This document shows positions 41,142 to 50,691 of a stretch of 64,000 bases of DNA, in pieces (the first letter of the stretch is position 1; each line of letters starts with the position of its first letter). The DNA is from an uncultured Planctomycetota bacterium (GTDB lineage: Bacteria > Planctomycetota > Planctomycetia > Isosphaerales > Isosphaeraceae). Made by a program: the position numbers and the translations under genes. The notes beneath the pieces were generated by a model. The model had not been told where the DNA came from. It saw only the letters and a list, made by a program, of their open reading frames with translations, and did not search any database. Location: contig CAVTTN010000002.1 of NCBI GenBank assembly GCA_963737655.1, positions 4,800,001-4,864,000 on the forward strand, written 5' to 3'.

Positions 41142-41435
41142 TCAGGTGCAACTGTACGAAAGCCAGAGCCCGCCAGGATATGCGGCGAGGATGTCGTGGC
41201 TATATTCGTCCTGGGTCACAATTTCCGTCGGCCCGAGCGGAGGATTGTGGGCTGCCAGCCAATCGACGGCGTTCTTGATCGAGCCTTGCCAGGCCAGGGC
41301 CCGGGTCAGGAATGCGAAGCCCAGGTCGTCGAGATGGGCGCGGTTCTCGACCGGGACCGAGGGCTCGGTCCGCAGACGGGCGAGCGTCTCGGGGATCGAC
41401 GACGAGTCCGGCGATCGCGGTCCGTCTTCGTTCAT
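41142..41435 (-). CDS. Hypothetical protein (97 aa)
   Basis: ATG overlaps the upstream stop; non-shadow amino-acid composition. Confidence 0.55.
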   Translation of the reverse strand: MNEDGPRSPDSSSIPETLARLRTEPSVPVENRAHLDDLGFAFLTRALAWQGSIKNAVDWLAAHNPPLGPTEIVTQDEYSHDILAAYPGGLWLSYSCT

Positions 41436-42211
41436 TTGTTGTGCTTCCGGGTCGTCCAGGGCAGGCCGAAGACGTGGCGCGAGGGATCATCCAGCGAGGT
41501 GGCCCGGTACGGCTCCTCCCGAGCGACGATCCCGCCCCGAATCGACGCCAGGATGCGGAGGTTTTCCCGACGCAACCTCTCGAACTCCCGGGGCGGAAGC
41601 CGTTCGGCGTCGGGGTGGAGGGTCGAGGCGGTCTGGCGATCGACGGTCTTGAAGAACGCGATGCATACATCGATCGATTCAAGCTGGAGGGCGCGCAGCC
41701 CCGTCCCCTTGTTCTTCTCCCACCATGCTTCCAGGGGCAGGTCGGATTTCGCCAGGGGGCCGATCTCGAACTGGTCGCGGGTCATCTCGTGCAGCTCGGG
41801 CTCGAACGGGAGGATGATCCGTTCGGCGATCATCCGACAGGCCCCGGAAACCGAGACGTTCCGATCGGTGCTCCCCTGATTTAGGGAGAAGGAATACCGA
41901 TCGTCGGATCGATGATGAAGAAGTAAGTCGAGGGCCGGCTCGCCTTCGGCCAGGAGTTGCTGGGCCGCGAGGTAGACCGGGACCTGGAGGGCCTTGTCGT
42001 AGGGTTTTCGGAACGTGATGGTCTCGTCCTCGCCCATCCCGGCGTCGCCCACGATGGAAGGCGGAGCGTTCCGAGAGGCCAGCATCTCGATCAGATAGGC
42101 GACGCGGGCCGGACCCTCCCGGTCGGCAGTCCGGGCCTCGCCCTCGCCGAGCGCCTCGCCGGACCCGCCGAGGCCGATCCCGAAAACGACCAGAACGAGG
42201 CCCGCGCTCAT
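41432..42211 (-). CDS. Hypothetical exported protein
   Basis: GGAGG RBS, hydrophobic N-terminus. Confidence 0.65.
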   Translation of the reverse strand: MSAGLVLVVFGIGLGGSGEALGEGEARTADREGPARVAYLIEMLASRNAPPSIVGDAGMGEDETITFRKPYDKALQVPVYLAAQQLLAEGEPALDLLLHHRSDDRYSFSLNQGSTDRNVSVSGACRMIAERIILPFEPELHEMTRDQFEIGPLAKSDLPLEAWWEKNKGTGLRALQLESIDVCIAFFKTVDRQTASTLHPDAERLPPREFERLRRENLRILASIRGGIVAREEPYRATSLDDPSRHVFGLPWTTRKHNK

Positions 42212-42416
42212 CGAATGCCTCCCCTCAGGCTGGCGTCGGGACCGTCCGCGATGAGCGGATTCGGAGAGGACCGGAGCGAGCTTCGCCGGGCCGGAGATCG
42301 GAGCCTCCGGGCGAGCGGGCCGGGAAGGAAACCGGCACGGTCCTCGACGGGGATGGAGGTCGCCATGAGGGCAGTCTCCCTTCGCATCGATTCGAATCGG
42401 CCGCCCGGGGCGATTT

Positions 42417-42785
42417 CTACCCGATGGTGAACACGGGGACGAGTTCCGGCGGCGTGGACTCGACCAGGAGGAAGTAGCAGTAGGCCAGGTGAGCCGCCCA
42501 TCTCGCCTTGATCTCGGCCGGGAAGTCCAGGCTCCGCAGGTGCCTCTGGAGCAGGTCGATCTCCCTCCAGAGGTCCTCCATCATGTCCCAGCCGCCGAAG
42601 GTCACCGGGTCGCCCTCGCCGAGGAGGGTCAGTTGGGCGATCCCCACCTCGCGGAGCCGGGGCAGGCTCCAGAAACGCATGCTGGTTTCCTGGCAGCCGA
42701 GGAGGTCATAGGGGGACTCCACCTCGATTGGCGTGGAGATCCCGGTGGTCCTGTCCCAGTATTCGATGAGGATGCTTCGACTCAT
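42417..42785 (-). CDS. Hypothetical protein
   Basis: MSRSILIEYWDR...; protein-like composition. Confidence 0.6.
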   Translation of the reverse strand: MSRSILIEYWDRTTGISTPIEVESPYDLLGCQETSMRFWSLPRLREVGIAQLTLLGEGDPVTFGGWDMMEDLWREIDLLQRHLRSLDFPAEIKARWAAHLAYCYFLLVESTPPELVPVFTIG

Positions 42786-42867
42786 GGCGGGACCCGATGT
42801 GGCCTTCCATCGCCTCAGGTGCCGAGTGGATCGTTCGAAATCGTCGGGGGCCGACGCGGCCACACCC

Positions 42868-43329
42868 TCAGTCCGGGGAATGCCGCTGGTCGTAATCGAA
42901 GCTCAGGAGCTGGCCGATCGTTTCGATCCCGTGATCGGGATAGGACGATTCCGCGGCGACCTCGCGCCGGACCCTCGCCGGGAGCGGCAAGTCGCAATGG
43001 CGGAGGGAGTCGGGCAGCGGCCTCATCTCCTCGGCGAGGTGATCGGCCAGGAAGTCCAGCAAGTCGAAGGCGTGGAGGGCCTCCGCCTCGGGTCCGGAAC
43101 GAAGGCGTTCGAGGAGGAACGCGGCCTCGTCGGCGAACCGGTCGACGAAGTGACGGCCGAGGATCGTCTCGAAGGAGGGCAGATAGCGAGTGTAGCGGAT
43201 GGCCCGGGGAAAATCGTTCACCCGACCTCGCGGGGCCCAAAGGGGGAGGCACCGCGCCCACGCCTCCTCCACCGTCCCGACCAGGTAGGGCGCGCTGGTT
43301 GCCGCCTCCACTTCGTGCTCGGATTTCAC
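42868..43329 (-). CDS. Hypothetical protein
   Basis: GGAGGAG RBS before GTG; lies directly downstream of ftsH. Confidence 0.6.
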   Translation of the reverse strand: MKSEHEVEAATSAPYLVGTVEEAWARCLPLWAPRGRVNDFPRAIRYTRYLPSFETILGRHFVDRFADEAAFLLERLRSGPEAEALHAFDLLDFLADHLAEEMRPLPDSLRHCDLPLPARVRREVAAESSYPDHGIETIGQLLSFDYDQRHSPD

Positions 43330-43372
43330 CGCGCTCCTCCTCCGGCCACCCCCGGCCCCGCGTAACGGACGT

Positions 43373-45382
43373 TCAGGCTTCCGTCGCGCTCCCCAGCGGG
43401 TTGTCCAGCGACGCCACGACGCCATCTTCCTCGATCGGGACGGCCATCCCGGGCCTCTTGCCGATCATGTCCTCGATCTCCTTGACCGACAGCACCTCGC
43501 GCTCGATCAGGGCCTCGGTGAGCTTTTCGAGGGCCTCGCGGTGGTCCTGGAGGAGGTGGTATGCCCGCTCGTCGGCCTCGCGAAGAATCCGGGCCACTTC
43601 CTCGTCGATGAGCTGGGCGGTGTGGTCGGAGTGGTCGCGGGACTCGCCGATCTCCCGGCCGAGGAACGGGTGCTCCTCGTTGTCCCGGAAGAAGACCGGG
43701 CCGATCCGTTCGCTCATCCCGCACTGGGTGACCATCGCGCGGGCCAGCCGGGTGGCCCTCTTCAGGTCGTCCATCACGCCGGCCGAGAGGTCGTCGAACA
43801 CCAGGCGCTCGGCGGCGCGTCCGCCCAGGGCCACGGCGAGCATGGCGCGGATCTCGGTGGCGTAGTAGCTGACCTTGTCCTCGGGCGGGAGGTACTGGGT
43901 GACGCCCAGGGCCCGGCCCCGGGGGATGATCGTGACCTTGTGGACGGGGTCGGCCTCGGGGATCAGCCAGGCGACCAGGGCGTGGCCGACCTCGTGATAG
44001 GCCGTGGCGCGCTTCTCCTTCTCGGTGATGACCTCCTCGCGCTTCGCCCCCATCAAGATCTTGTCTCGGGCGACGTCGAAGTCGGTCATCTCGATGGCCG
44101 GCTTGTCCTCGCGGGTGGCGATCAGGGCGGCCTCGTTCACCAGGTTCGCCAGGTCGGCCCCGCTCATGCCGACCGTGCCCCGGGCGATCGAGTCCAGGTC
44201 CACGTCGGCCCCGAGCGGGGTCGTCCGCGTGTGGACCTTGAGGATCTCCAGCCGGCCCTTCTTCGTCGGGCGATCGACCGTCACGTGCCGGTCGAACCGG
44301 CCGGGCCGGAGCAGGGCCGGGTCGAGGACGTCGGGCCGATTCGTGGCGGCCAGGACGATCACGGTCTCGCTCGGGGTGAATCCGTCCATCTCGGTGAGGA
44401 TCTGGTTGAGCGTCTGCTCGCGCTCGTCGTGCCCCCCGCCGAGCCCGGCCCCTCGGATTCGCCCGACCGCGTCGATCTCGTCGATGAACAGGATGCAGGG
44501 GGAATTTTCCTTGGCCGTCTTGAACATGTCGCGGACCCGGCTGGCCCCGACGCCGACGAACATCTGGATGAATTCGCTGCCGGAGATCGAGAAGAACGGC
44601 ACGCCGGCCTCTCCGGCCACGGCGCGGGCGAGCAAGGTCTTGCCCGTCCCGGGAGGGCCGTTCAGCAGGACCCCCTTGGGGATGCGCCCGCCGAGCCTCT
44701 CGAACTTCTGGGGGTTCTTGAGGAACTCGACGATCTCCTGGAGCTCGCTCTTGGCGTTCTCCAGGCCGGCGACCTCGTCGAAGGTGGTCCTCTGCTTGGA
44801 CTTGTCGTGCCTCTTGGCCGGGCTCTTGACGAAGTTGCCGAGGATCCCGCCGTCGAACTGGTCGCGGGCCCGTCTCATGAAGAGGTAGATCATCCCCACG
44901 AACAGGAGGGTGGGCAGGAGGAAGGTCACCCAGAGCAGGCCGCTGGCGCCCTGGGGGGCCACGGCCTCGATCTTGACCGGCCTCCTCGTCGATTTCGGCA
45001 GCTTGTTGCTCTCCAGGACGTTGTTCACCTCGTCGACCTGATGATCCGAGGGGAACACGGTGGCGAAGAACTCGATCGGCTTGGACGGCGTGGCGCCGGG
45101 CCCGTTGTCCGGCGCCGCCTTGGCGCGAAGCCTCCCGCTGGCCTCGAGCCCCTGGTACTGGATGGACTCGATGTTGTCGGCGTCCACCTGATCGCGGAAC
45201 CAGCTATAGGTGACGACCGTCTCCCTCTTCGGCGAGTTCATGTAGATGATCAGCGCGACGACCGCGATCAGGAAGACCCACACGAACGGCGGGGCCGGGG
45301 CCGACCCCGTGCCGCTGGGCTTCCGGGCCGAGGGCGGGCGCGGGGGTTTCTCGGGCTGGGGCGGACGGCTCTCCATGGGCAT
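43373..45382 (-). CDS. ftsH: ATP-dependent zinc metalloprotease FtsH
   Basis: Two TM helices, [17 protein letters not shown] ([10 protein letters not shown]), HEVGH. Confidence 0.97.
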   Translation of the reverse strand: MPMESRPPQPEKPPRPPSARKPSGTGSAPAPPFVWVFLIAVVALIIYMNSPKRETVVTYSWFRDQVDADNIESIQYQGLEASGRLRAKAAPDNGPGATPSKPIEFFATVFPSDHQVDEVNNVLESNKLPKSTRRPVKIEAVAPQGASGLLWVTFLLPTLLFVGMIYLFMRRARDQFDGGILGNFVKSPAKRHDKSKQRTTFDEVAGLENAKSELQEIVEFLKNPQKFERLGGRIPKGVLLNGPPGTGKTLLARAVAGEAGVPFFSISGSEFIQMFVGVGASRVRDMFKTAKENSPCILFIDEIDAVGRIRGAGLGGGHDEREQTLNQILTEMDGFTPSETVIVLAATNRPDVLDPALLRPGRFDRHVTVDRPTKKGRLEILKVHTRTTPLGADVDLDSIARGTVGMSGADLANLVNEAALIATREDKPAIEMTDFDVARDKILMGAKREEVITEKEKRATAYHEVGHALVAWLIPEADPVHKVTIIPRGRALGVTQYLPPEDKVSYYATEIRAMLAVALGGRAAERLVFDDLSAGVMDDLKRATRLARAMVTQCGMSERIGPVFFRDNEEHPFLGREIGESRDHSDHTAQLIDEEVARILREADERAYHLLQDHREALEKLTEALIEREVLSVKEIEDMIGKRPGMAVPIEEDGVVASLDNPLGSATEA

Positions 45383-45515
45383 CTCGTTCTCAGGCGGAGC
45401 GAAGCAAGACGATCGACGAGGCCCGCGACCGCTCGGGCGCGGGAGTCCTTCCCCGTATTGTATGCGAAACCGGCCGCCGGGGGGAGCACGCACCGCCCCC
45501 CCGATCGCTCCGGCC

Positions 45516-46544
45516 TCAGTGACCGACCATCTCCAGCCACTTTTCGCAGTCAATCGCCGCCGAGCAGCCCGAGCCGGCCGCCGTGATCGCCTGCCGATAG
45601 TGCGTGTCCACCACGTCCCCGCAGGCGAACACCCCCTCGATGTTCGTCGCCGTCCCGTAATTCGGCAGGTCCGAACTCTTCAACGGGCCGGACCCCGAAT
45701 CGTCCCACGCCAGCGCATTCCTCGTCAAAAGGTAGCCGCTGGGCGTCATCGCGAGCTGCCCCTCGAACACCTTCGTGTTCGGGACGTGGCCGATCGCCAG
45801 GAACAGGCCGTCGATCGGCAAGTCGCGGGTCGAGCCGTCCACGGTGGACTTCAGCGTCAGCCCCTTGACGACCTTGTGAGGCTCCAGGTCGCCGTGGACC
45901 GCGTCCACCACCGAATTCCAGGCGAATTCCAGCTTGGGGTTCTTCATCGCCCGTTCCTGCATGATCTTCGAGGCGCGGAGCGAGTCTCGGCGATGGATCA
46001 ACGTCACCTTGCTGGCATAGCGGGTGAGGAACGTGGCCTCCTCGACGGCCGAATCCCCCCCGCCGACCACCGCGATCGGCCGGTTCTTGTAGAAGGCCCC
46101 GTCGCAGGTGGCGCAGGTGCTCACCCCTTCGCCCCGGAACGGCCGCTCCGAGGGCACGTCGTCCAGCCACCGGGCCGAGGCGCCGGTGGCCACGATCACG
46201 GCGTCGGCCGTGTACTCGGCATGCTCGCCCGAGGGGTCGCCGGAGGGGTCGGTCGTGGTCGTCAGGCGGAACGGCCTCTTCGACAGGTCGGCGGCGATCA
46301 CGGTCTCGAACCGGGCGTCGGCCCCGAACCGGACGGCCTGCTTCTCCATCCGCTCCATGAGCTCGGGGCCGATGATCCCCTCGGGGAACCCGGGGAAGTT
46401 ATCGACCTCGGTCGTCCAGGTCAGTTGCCCGCCCGGCTCCCGGCCCTTGAAGACCAAAGGACGCAGGTTGGCCCGGGCGGCATAAAGGGCGGCGGTGTAC
46501 CCGGCGGAACCGGACCCGATGATGATCACGGAAAAATGCGGCAT
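45516..46544 (-). CDS. trxB: Thioredoxin reductase
   Basis: GSGSAG, CATCDG, GGGDSA, HRRD and GDVVD..YRQAITAAG motifs. Confidence 0.96.
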   Translation of the reverse strand: MPHFSVIIIGSGSAGYTAALYAARANLRPLVFKGREPGGQLTWTTEVDNFPGFPEGIIGPELMERMEKQAVRFGADARFETVIAADLSKRPFRLTTTTDPSGDPSGEHAEYTADAVIVATGASARWLDDVPSERPFRGEGVSTCATCDGAFYKNRPIAVVGGGDSAVEEATFLTRYASKVTLIHRRDSLRASKIMQERAMKNPKLEFAWNSVVDAVHGDLEPHKVVKGLTLKSTVDGSTRDLPIDGLFLAIGHVPNTKVFEGQLAMTPSGYLLTRNALAWDDSGSGPLKSSDLPNYGTATNIEGVFACGDVVDTHYRQAITAAGSGCSAAIDCEKWLEMVGH

Positions 46545-47029
46545 CGTTCCCTCAAGGCCAGGGGAGGAAGGCGGACGACCCATCCCGCCGGGCGGCACCC
46601 ATTATTCTACGGCCGAGGGGAAAATACCACGAGTCGCCAACCCAAGAACCTCGCCCCGGGTCCGTACCCGGCGAGTCACCAGCGGGACGGGCCCCGGAGT
46701 TCGATCCCATCTCTCCCTCGAACCCCGGTCGCCCCGCGGACTAACATGAAAAGATCCACAATTTTGATTTCGAAGGCGGGAACGGCGGCCCAAAGGTCCA
46801 GGCCAAGGCCACTCGCATTAGTTATCGGGGCGCGACGACCATTAATCATACACGTACGCATATTGGGGTTTTTCTCTTTGAATTCCCGGGCGGAATCCGG
46901 GATCACGTCGAAGAGCAGGGACGGGGCGGCGTCTCAATCGACGAATCGAGGAGGAGCTGGATCGAAAAGCCTTGCGGAGGGTGTTTCCCGCCGGCAAAAT
47001 AAAATCCGCCAGGGATTACGCGTCATTTC

Positions 47030-47049
47030 CGACGTCTACTCCACGTTAG
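47030..47049 (+). other. Putative integron attI site, interrupted by IS110
   Basis: cgacgtctac-tccac-GTTAG. The reconstructed core is GTTAGGC, and no attC-style hairpin lies upstream. Confidence 0.55.
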
Positions 47050-47287
47050 TCGCCATGCCGCGAGTGGCACCCTGAGACGATGAAAATGGGCCGCGACCGA
47101 GGTAGACTCGGGGTGCCGCACGCACGTCGGGTCCCGGCCGTCGTCGCCTGGTGCCGCGAGCCCGCGTGTTAGTCTGGCCCGGACATCGCGCCGCATCCGA
47201 GACTGTCGCCCCCGCCCGGGGAGCACGCAGAACAGAGTGTTCTTCCACGCGATGTCCCCCGGCGTGCGTCGGCGGGGGGGGTTCGCC
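47050..47287 (+). ncRNA. Putative IS110 bridge RNA (seekRNA) in the 5' non-coding end; exact RNA ends unknown
   Basis: Guide-like segments cgtgttag (47165-72), cgccgc (47189-94), cagaacag (47228-35) and gcga (47249-52); each pair is separated by a small hairpin. Confidence 0.7.
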
Positions 47288-48526
47288 ATGCAGGTGCTCC
47301 ATCGCTGTTGCGCGGGGTTGGACATCCACAAGGATACCGTCGTCGCCTGCGTCCGCCGCGTCGATGACACGGGCAAGGCCCGCTCGCAAGTACGGACCTT
47401 CGGGACCATGACCGGGGCCTTGATCGAGCTGGCTGATCGGCTGGCCGAGCAGGGCGTCGTCCACGTCGCGATGGAGTCGACCGGCGTGTACTGGAAGCCG
47501 GTCTGGCACCTGCTGGAGGGGCGGTTCGAGCCGATGCTGGTCAACGCCCAGCACATCAAGCAGGTGCCGGGCCGCAAGACCGACGTCAAGGATTGCCAGT
47601 GGATCGCCGAGTTGCTCCAGCACGGCCTGCTCAAGGCCAGCTTCGTGCCGCCGGAGCCGATCCGCGAGCTGCGCGACCTGACGAGGCAGCGGGCGCAGAT
47701 CGTCGCCGAGCGGGGCTCGGTCGCCAACCGCATCCAGGGGGTGCTGGAGGACGCCAACATCAAGCTCGGCTCGGTGGCCACCGACGTGCTGGGCGACTCG
47801 GGTCGCGCCATGTTGCGGGCGTTGATCGAGGGCCAGGACGACCCGGAGGCCCCGGCGGAATTGGCCAAGGGGCGGCTGCGGGCCAAGATCCCGGCGCTGC
47901 GGCTGGCGCTTCGCGGGAAGGTGACGGAGCACCACCGCTTCCTGCTGCGGCTCCTGCTGGACCACTACGAGGCGCCGGAGGCCCTGATCGGCCGACTGGG
48001 GGAGCGGATCGACCGGGTGCTGGCGCCGTACGCCGAGGCGGTGGAGCGGCTGGAGACGATCCCCGGGGTCGGCCGCCGGGTCGCCGAGATCGTCGTCGCG
48101 GAGCTGGGCGTGGAGATGGGGCAGTTCCCGACGGCTCGCCACCTGGCGAGCTGGGCCGGGATGTGCCCCGGGAACAACGAGAGCGCCGGCAAGCGCCGCA
48201 GCGGCAAGACGACCAAGGGGAGCCGCTGGCTACGGACGGCCCTGATCCAGGCGGCGCACGCGGCGGGCCGGAGCAAGGCGACGTATCTGGGGTCGCAGTA
48301 CCGTCGGCTGGCATCGCGGCGCGGGGCGAAGCGAGCGGCGGTGGCGGTGGGCCATACGCTGCCGGGGATCATCTACGAAGTCCTGGGCCGGGGGACGACC
48401 TACGAGGATCTAGGCCCCTGCTACCTGGAGCGGTTGGAGCCCGAGCGATTGACCCGGCAACCGGTCAGGCGCTTGGAACGGCTCGGCCACAAGGTTACAT
48501 TGGAACCCAACGAGGCGGCCGCGTAG
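47288..48526 (+). CDS. IS110-family DEDD transposase/recombinase
   Basis: GLDIHK, MESTGVYW, KTDVKD, TIPGVG and NNESAGK motifs. Confidence 0.95.
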   Translation: MQVLHRCCAGLDIHKDTVVACVRRVDDTGKARSQVRTFGTMTGALIELADRLAEQGVVHVAMESTGVYWKPVWHLLEGRFEPMLVNAQHIKQVPGRKTDVKDCQWIAELLQHGLLKASFVPPEPIRELRDLTRQRAQIVAERGSVANRIQGVLEDANIKLGSVATDVLGDSGRAMLRALIEGQDDPEAPAELAKGRLRAKIPALRLALRGKVTEHHRFLLRLLLDHYEAPEALIGRLGERIDRVLAPYAEAVERLETIPGVGRRVAEIVVAELGVEMGQFPTARHLASWAGMCPGNNESAGKRRSGKTTKGSRWLRTALIQAAHAAGRSKATYLGSQYRRLASRRGAKRAAVAVGHTLPGIIYEVLGRGTTYEDLGPCYLERLEPERLTRQPVRRLERLGHKVTLEPNEAAA

Positions 48527-48562
48527 GGCGCATTTTCAGAACAGGCGGCGGAGGCGATCTCG

Positions 48563-49111
48563 ATGAAGTTATCCTTCGTCCTTGAATCTATTGCCGTCGT
48601 CTCCGTCGGCCTCGGCCTGGCGCGATGGCACATCCAAGATCCGGTTTACGCCGAAGGCTACGCGGATTCCGGGGGGGCCGAGTGGCTCAGGCAGGTAGGC
48701 GACGGTTTCTTCGCGGGGGTCGCCGTCGCCGGGTTCCTCGGGCTAATGGTCGAGGTCGCTGCACGGCGGTCTCCCCGACCCTGGGGCCTGGGCCGATGGG
48801 CCTGGTCGGTTGTCGGCCTCTTCGTCGTCTCGCGGCATGCCTTGGGCGTGGTATTCGACGCGATCGTGCATTGGTACATGGGGATGATGAAGGAGTTCGC
48901 CGCAGATCTCCTCCCGCGTCTTCGCGCCAATCTGTGCCATTGGCTGCTCGCTATCGCACCTTATCTCATCATTGCGGTTTGGACGACGCGTTGGGTGTCG
49001 GGACCGAAGGCCGGCCGCGCCGATGGACGGGAGTGGGCCGGCCGGATCTTTGGGATCCTCATCATCGTGACGATGGTTGTCATTGATTGCCTCGCTACAG
49101 CCGGGTTTTGA
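48563..49111 (+). CDS. Integron cassette 1: hypothetical multi-TM membrane protein
   Basis: GGAGG RBS, lower GC, stop 11 bp before attC1. Confidence 0.75.
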   Translation: MKLSFVLESIAVVSVGLGLARWHIQDPVYAEGYADSGGAEWLRQVGDGFFAGVAVAGFLGLMVEVAARRSPRPWGLGRWAWSVVGLFVVSRHALGVVFDAIVHWYMGMMKEFAADLLPRLRANLCHWLLAIAPYLIIAVWTTRWVSGPKAGRADGREWAGRIFGILIIVTMVVIDCLATAGF

Positions 49112-49122
49112 TCATATGTGCC

Positions 49123-49222
49123 GCCTAACCTTGCGCTGCAGCGGACCCCGCACCGCCACGGTATCTTTGGTATCATCAACATCAACTCGGCGGTGCGTGT
49201 CCGCTGAGCTTGGTTGTTAGGC
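49123..49222 (+). other. attC site 1 (100 bp)
   Basis: GCCTAAC...GCTGCAGCGGAC...GTCCGCTGAGC...GTTAGGC imperfect palindrome. Confidence 0.92.
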
Positions 49223-49233
49223 CGAGGGGAAGC

Positions 49234-49746
49234 ATGCCCGAGCCAACCCGACCGAACGCCGTTTGCCGACTACTGGAAGCCGCTTACGGGCTGACCATCG
49301 AGCGGGTGTCGGCGCTGCCGGACGGGGACGCGGAGCGGATCGCCGCCTGGCGAGTCGCGGAGCGGGAGTTCGAGAACGCGGCCAAGGACTTCATTACGAT
49401 CGCGGCGACCACGGATTTGATCCCGGCCGGAGAGGAGCGCCTCCGAGTGGCGCTCATCGCCGCCGTCCAGACCCTGTGGGCGCGGCAGTGGACGACCGCC
49501 GCGACTGGAACGGACGCCGAGTTCGAGACGCTCCGCCGGGGGCAGAAACCCTGGGTGTTTCAACTGCTGGCCCTGCTCAGCGCGACGCGCCGAGCCGAGT
49601 CTGAGACGGACGTCGGGAGGTGGTTCATGCTGCACGGAGTCTCATACCCCAACCGCTACCGCGAGCCGCGTCACCAGGAATTGTTCGAGGTCCTCGTGCG
49701 GCTGGCGCGGGAGGAGCTATCAGCGGCGGCCGAGATCCGGGCCTAA
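49234..49746 (+). CDS. Integron cassette 2: hypothetical protein
   Basis: Starts 11 bp after attC1; its TAA stop lies inside the GCCTAAC box of attC2, as is typical for cassettes. Confidence 0.8.
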   Translation: MPEPTRPNAVCRLLEAAYGLTIERVSALPDGDAERIAAWRVAEREFENAAKDFITIAATTDLIPAGEERLRVALIAAVQTLWARQWTTAATGTDAEFETLRRGQKPWVFQLLALLSATRRAESETDVGRWFMLHGVSYPNRYREPRHQELFEVLVRLAREELSAAAEIRA

Positions 49747-49840
49747 CCTCGCGCTGCAGCGGACCCGGCCCGCCGCGACGCTTTCTGGTAACACGGATGC
49801 CACTCTCGGCGGGCCGGGCCGCTGAGCTTCGGCGTTAGGC
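49741..49840 (+). other. attC site 2 (100 bp)
   Basis: GCCTAAC...GCTGCAGCGGACCCGGCCCGCCG...CGGCGGGCCGGGCCGCTGAGC...GTTAGGC. Confidence 0.92.
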
Positions 49841-49908
49841 GGCGATAGCGGGGGTTGGCCTTGCCGCGGGTTTCCGTTCTGGATGCAGCGAAAACGTGGA
49901 GAAGATCG

Positions 49909-50289
49909 ATGCCAATTCCAGAAAGCATAGGTGCCTTTGCCATCGTTCCTAGCAACGATCTGCCGGCCGCGATTCCGTTCTGGGAGCGTTTGGGTTTCGC
50001 TCGGACGGGTGGTGACAACGCGTACATAATCATGACCGGCTGGGGGTGCGAAGTGCATCTCACCCAAGCCGGCCCGGACGCCTGGCGGGTTCCGGAAGCA
50101 CACAATCCGTTCGGCGTATTCATCCGCACCCCGGACGTTGACGCCATTGCGGCACGCGTCGATGACCTGATCATCCGACCTGGCGGAGTCCTTCGTCACC
50201 GAGAGTGGGGACTTTATGAGGTCGGAATCTGTGGGCCGGACGGCATGCTCGTGCGTATCGGCTGGCCATCTAAACTGATAAAAGCGTAG
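49909..50289 (+). CDS. Integron cassette 3: VOC/glyoxalase (bleomycin-resistance-like) protein
   Basis: DLPAAIPFWERLGF...EWGLYEV.ICGPDG.LVRIG. Confidence 0.85.
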   Translation: MPIPESIGAFAIVPSNDLPAAIPFWERLGFARTGGDNAYIIMTGWGCEVHLTQAGPDAWRVPEAHNPFGVFIRTPDVDAIAARVDDLIIRPGGVLRHREWGLYEVGICGPDGMLVRIGWPSKLIKA

Positions 50290-50691
50290 ACGCCATCGTC
50301 CTATCTCAGCCGCCTCTTCGTGAACTCTTCTCCATAGAACGGCCGTCGATGCGCAACATTCCCCCGACCCCTGGCCTTGTGGCCGGGCAGCGACGAGGTC
50401 CGGGTGGCAATCCGACGGATTCGGGATCGGCGATCGAGGCGCGGGCCAAGAGGGGAATCGGTTACGTTTGCAGTCTCTTCGACGGGGACATCCCCGCGAG
50501 TCGCCGCGCGGGGCGTCGCCGATGACCGGATCACGACCTCTCGGGCCAGGCTAACCTACGGGCATGGAGCACCGAGGTGGATACGGCCACCGACCCGCGC
50601 CACGAACCGGGCTACGCCGCGCCGGGTCGGTGGGCAAGTCGGCCCCGGCCCCCGTTCACGCCCCCTCGGGAGCGGACGAAGGCCGCAGGAT

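Larger units (their letters stand above)
47050..48544 (+). mobile_element. IS110-family insertion sequence (~1.5 kb) with AG core at both junctions
   Basis: Junctions cacgttAG|tcgcc and cagaacAG|gcggc; imperfect sub-terminal IR atgaaaatgggcc (47080-47092) / ggcgcattttcag (48527-48539). Confidence 0.9.

Noticed and set aside
46676..46906. Short minus-strand ORF as an integron integrase remnant
   Set aside because: No tyrosine-recombinase motifs are recognisable by eye.
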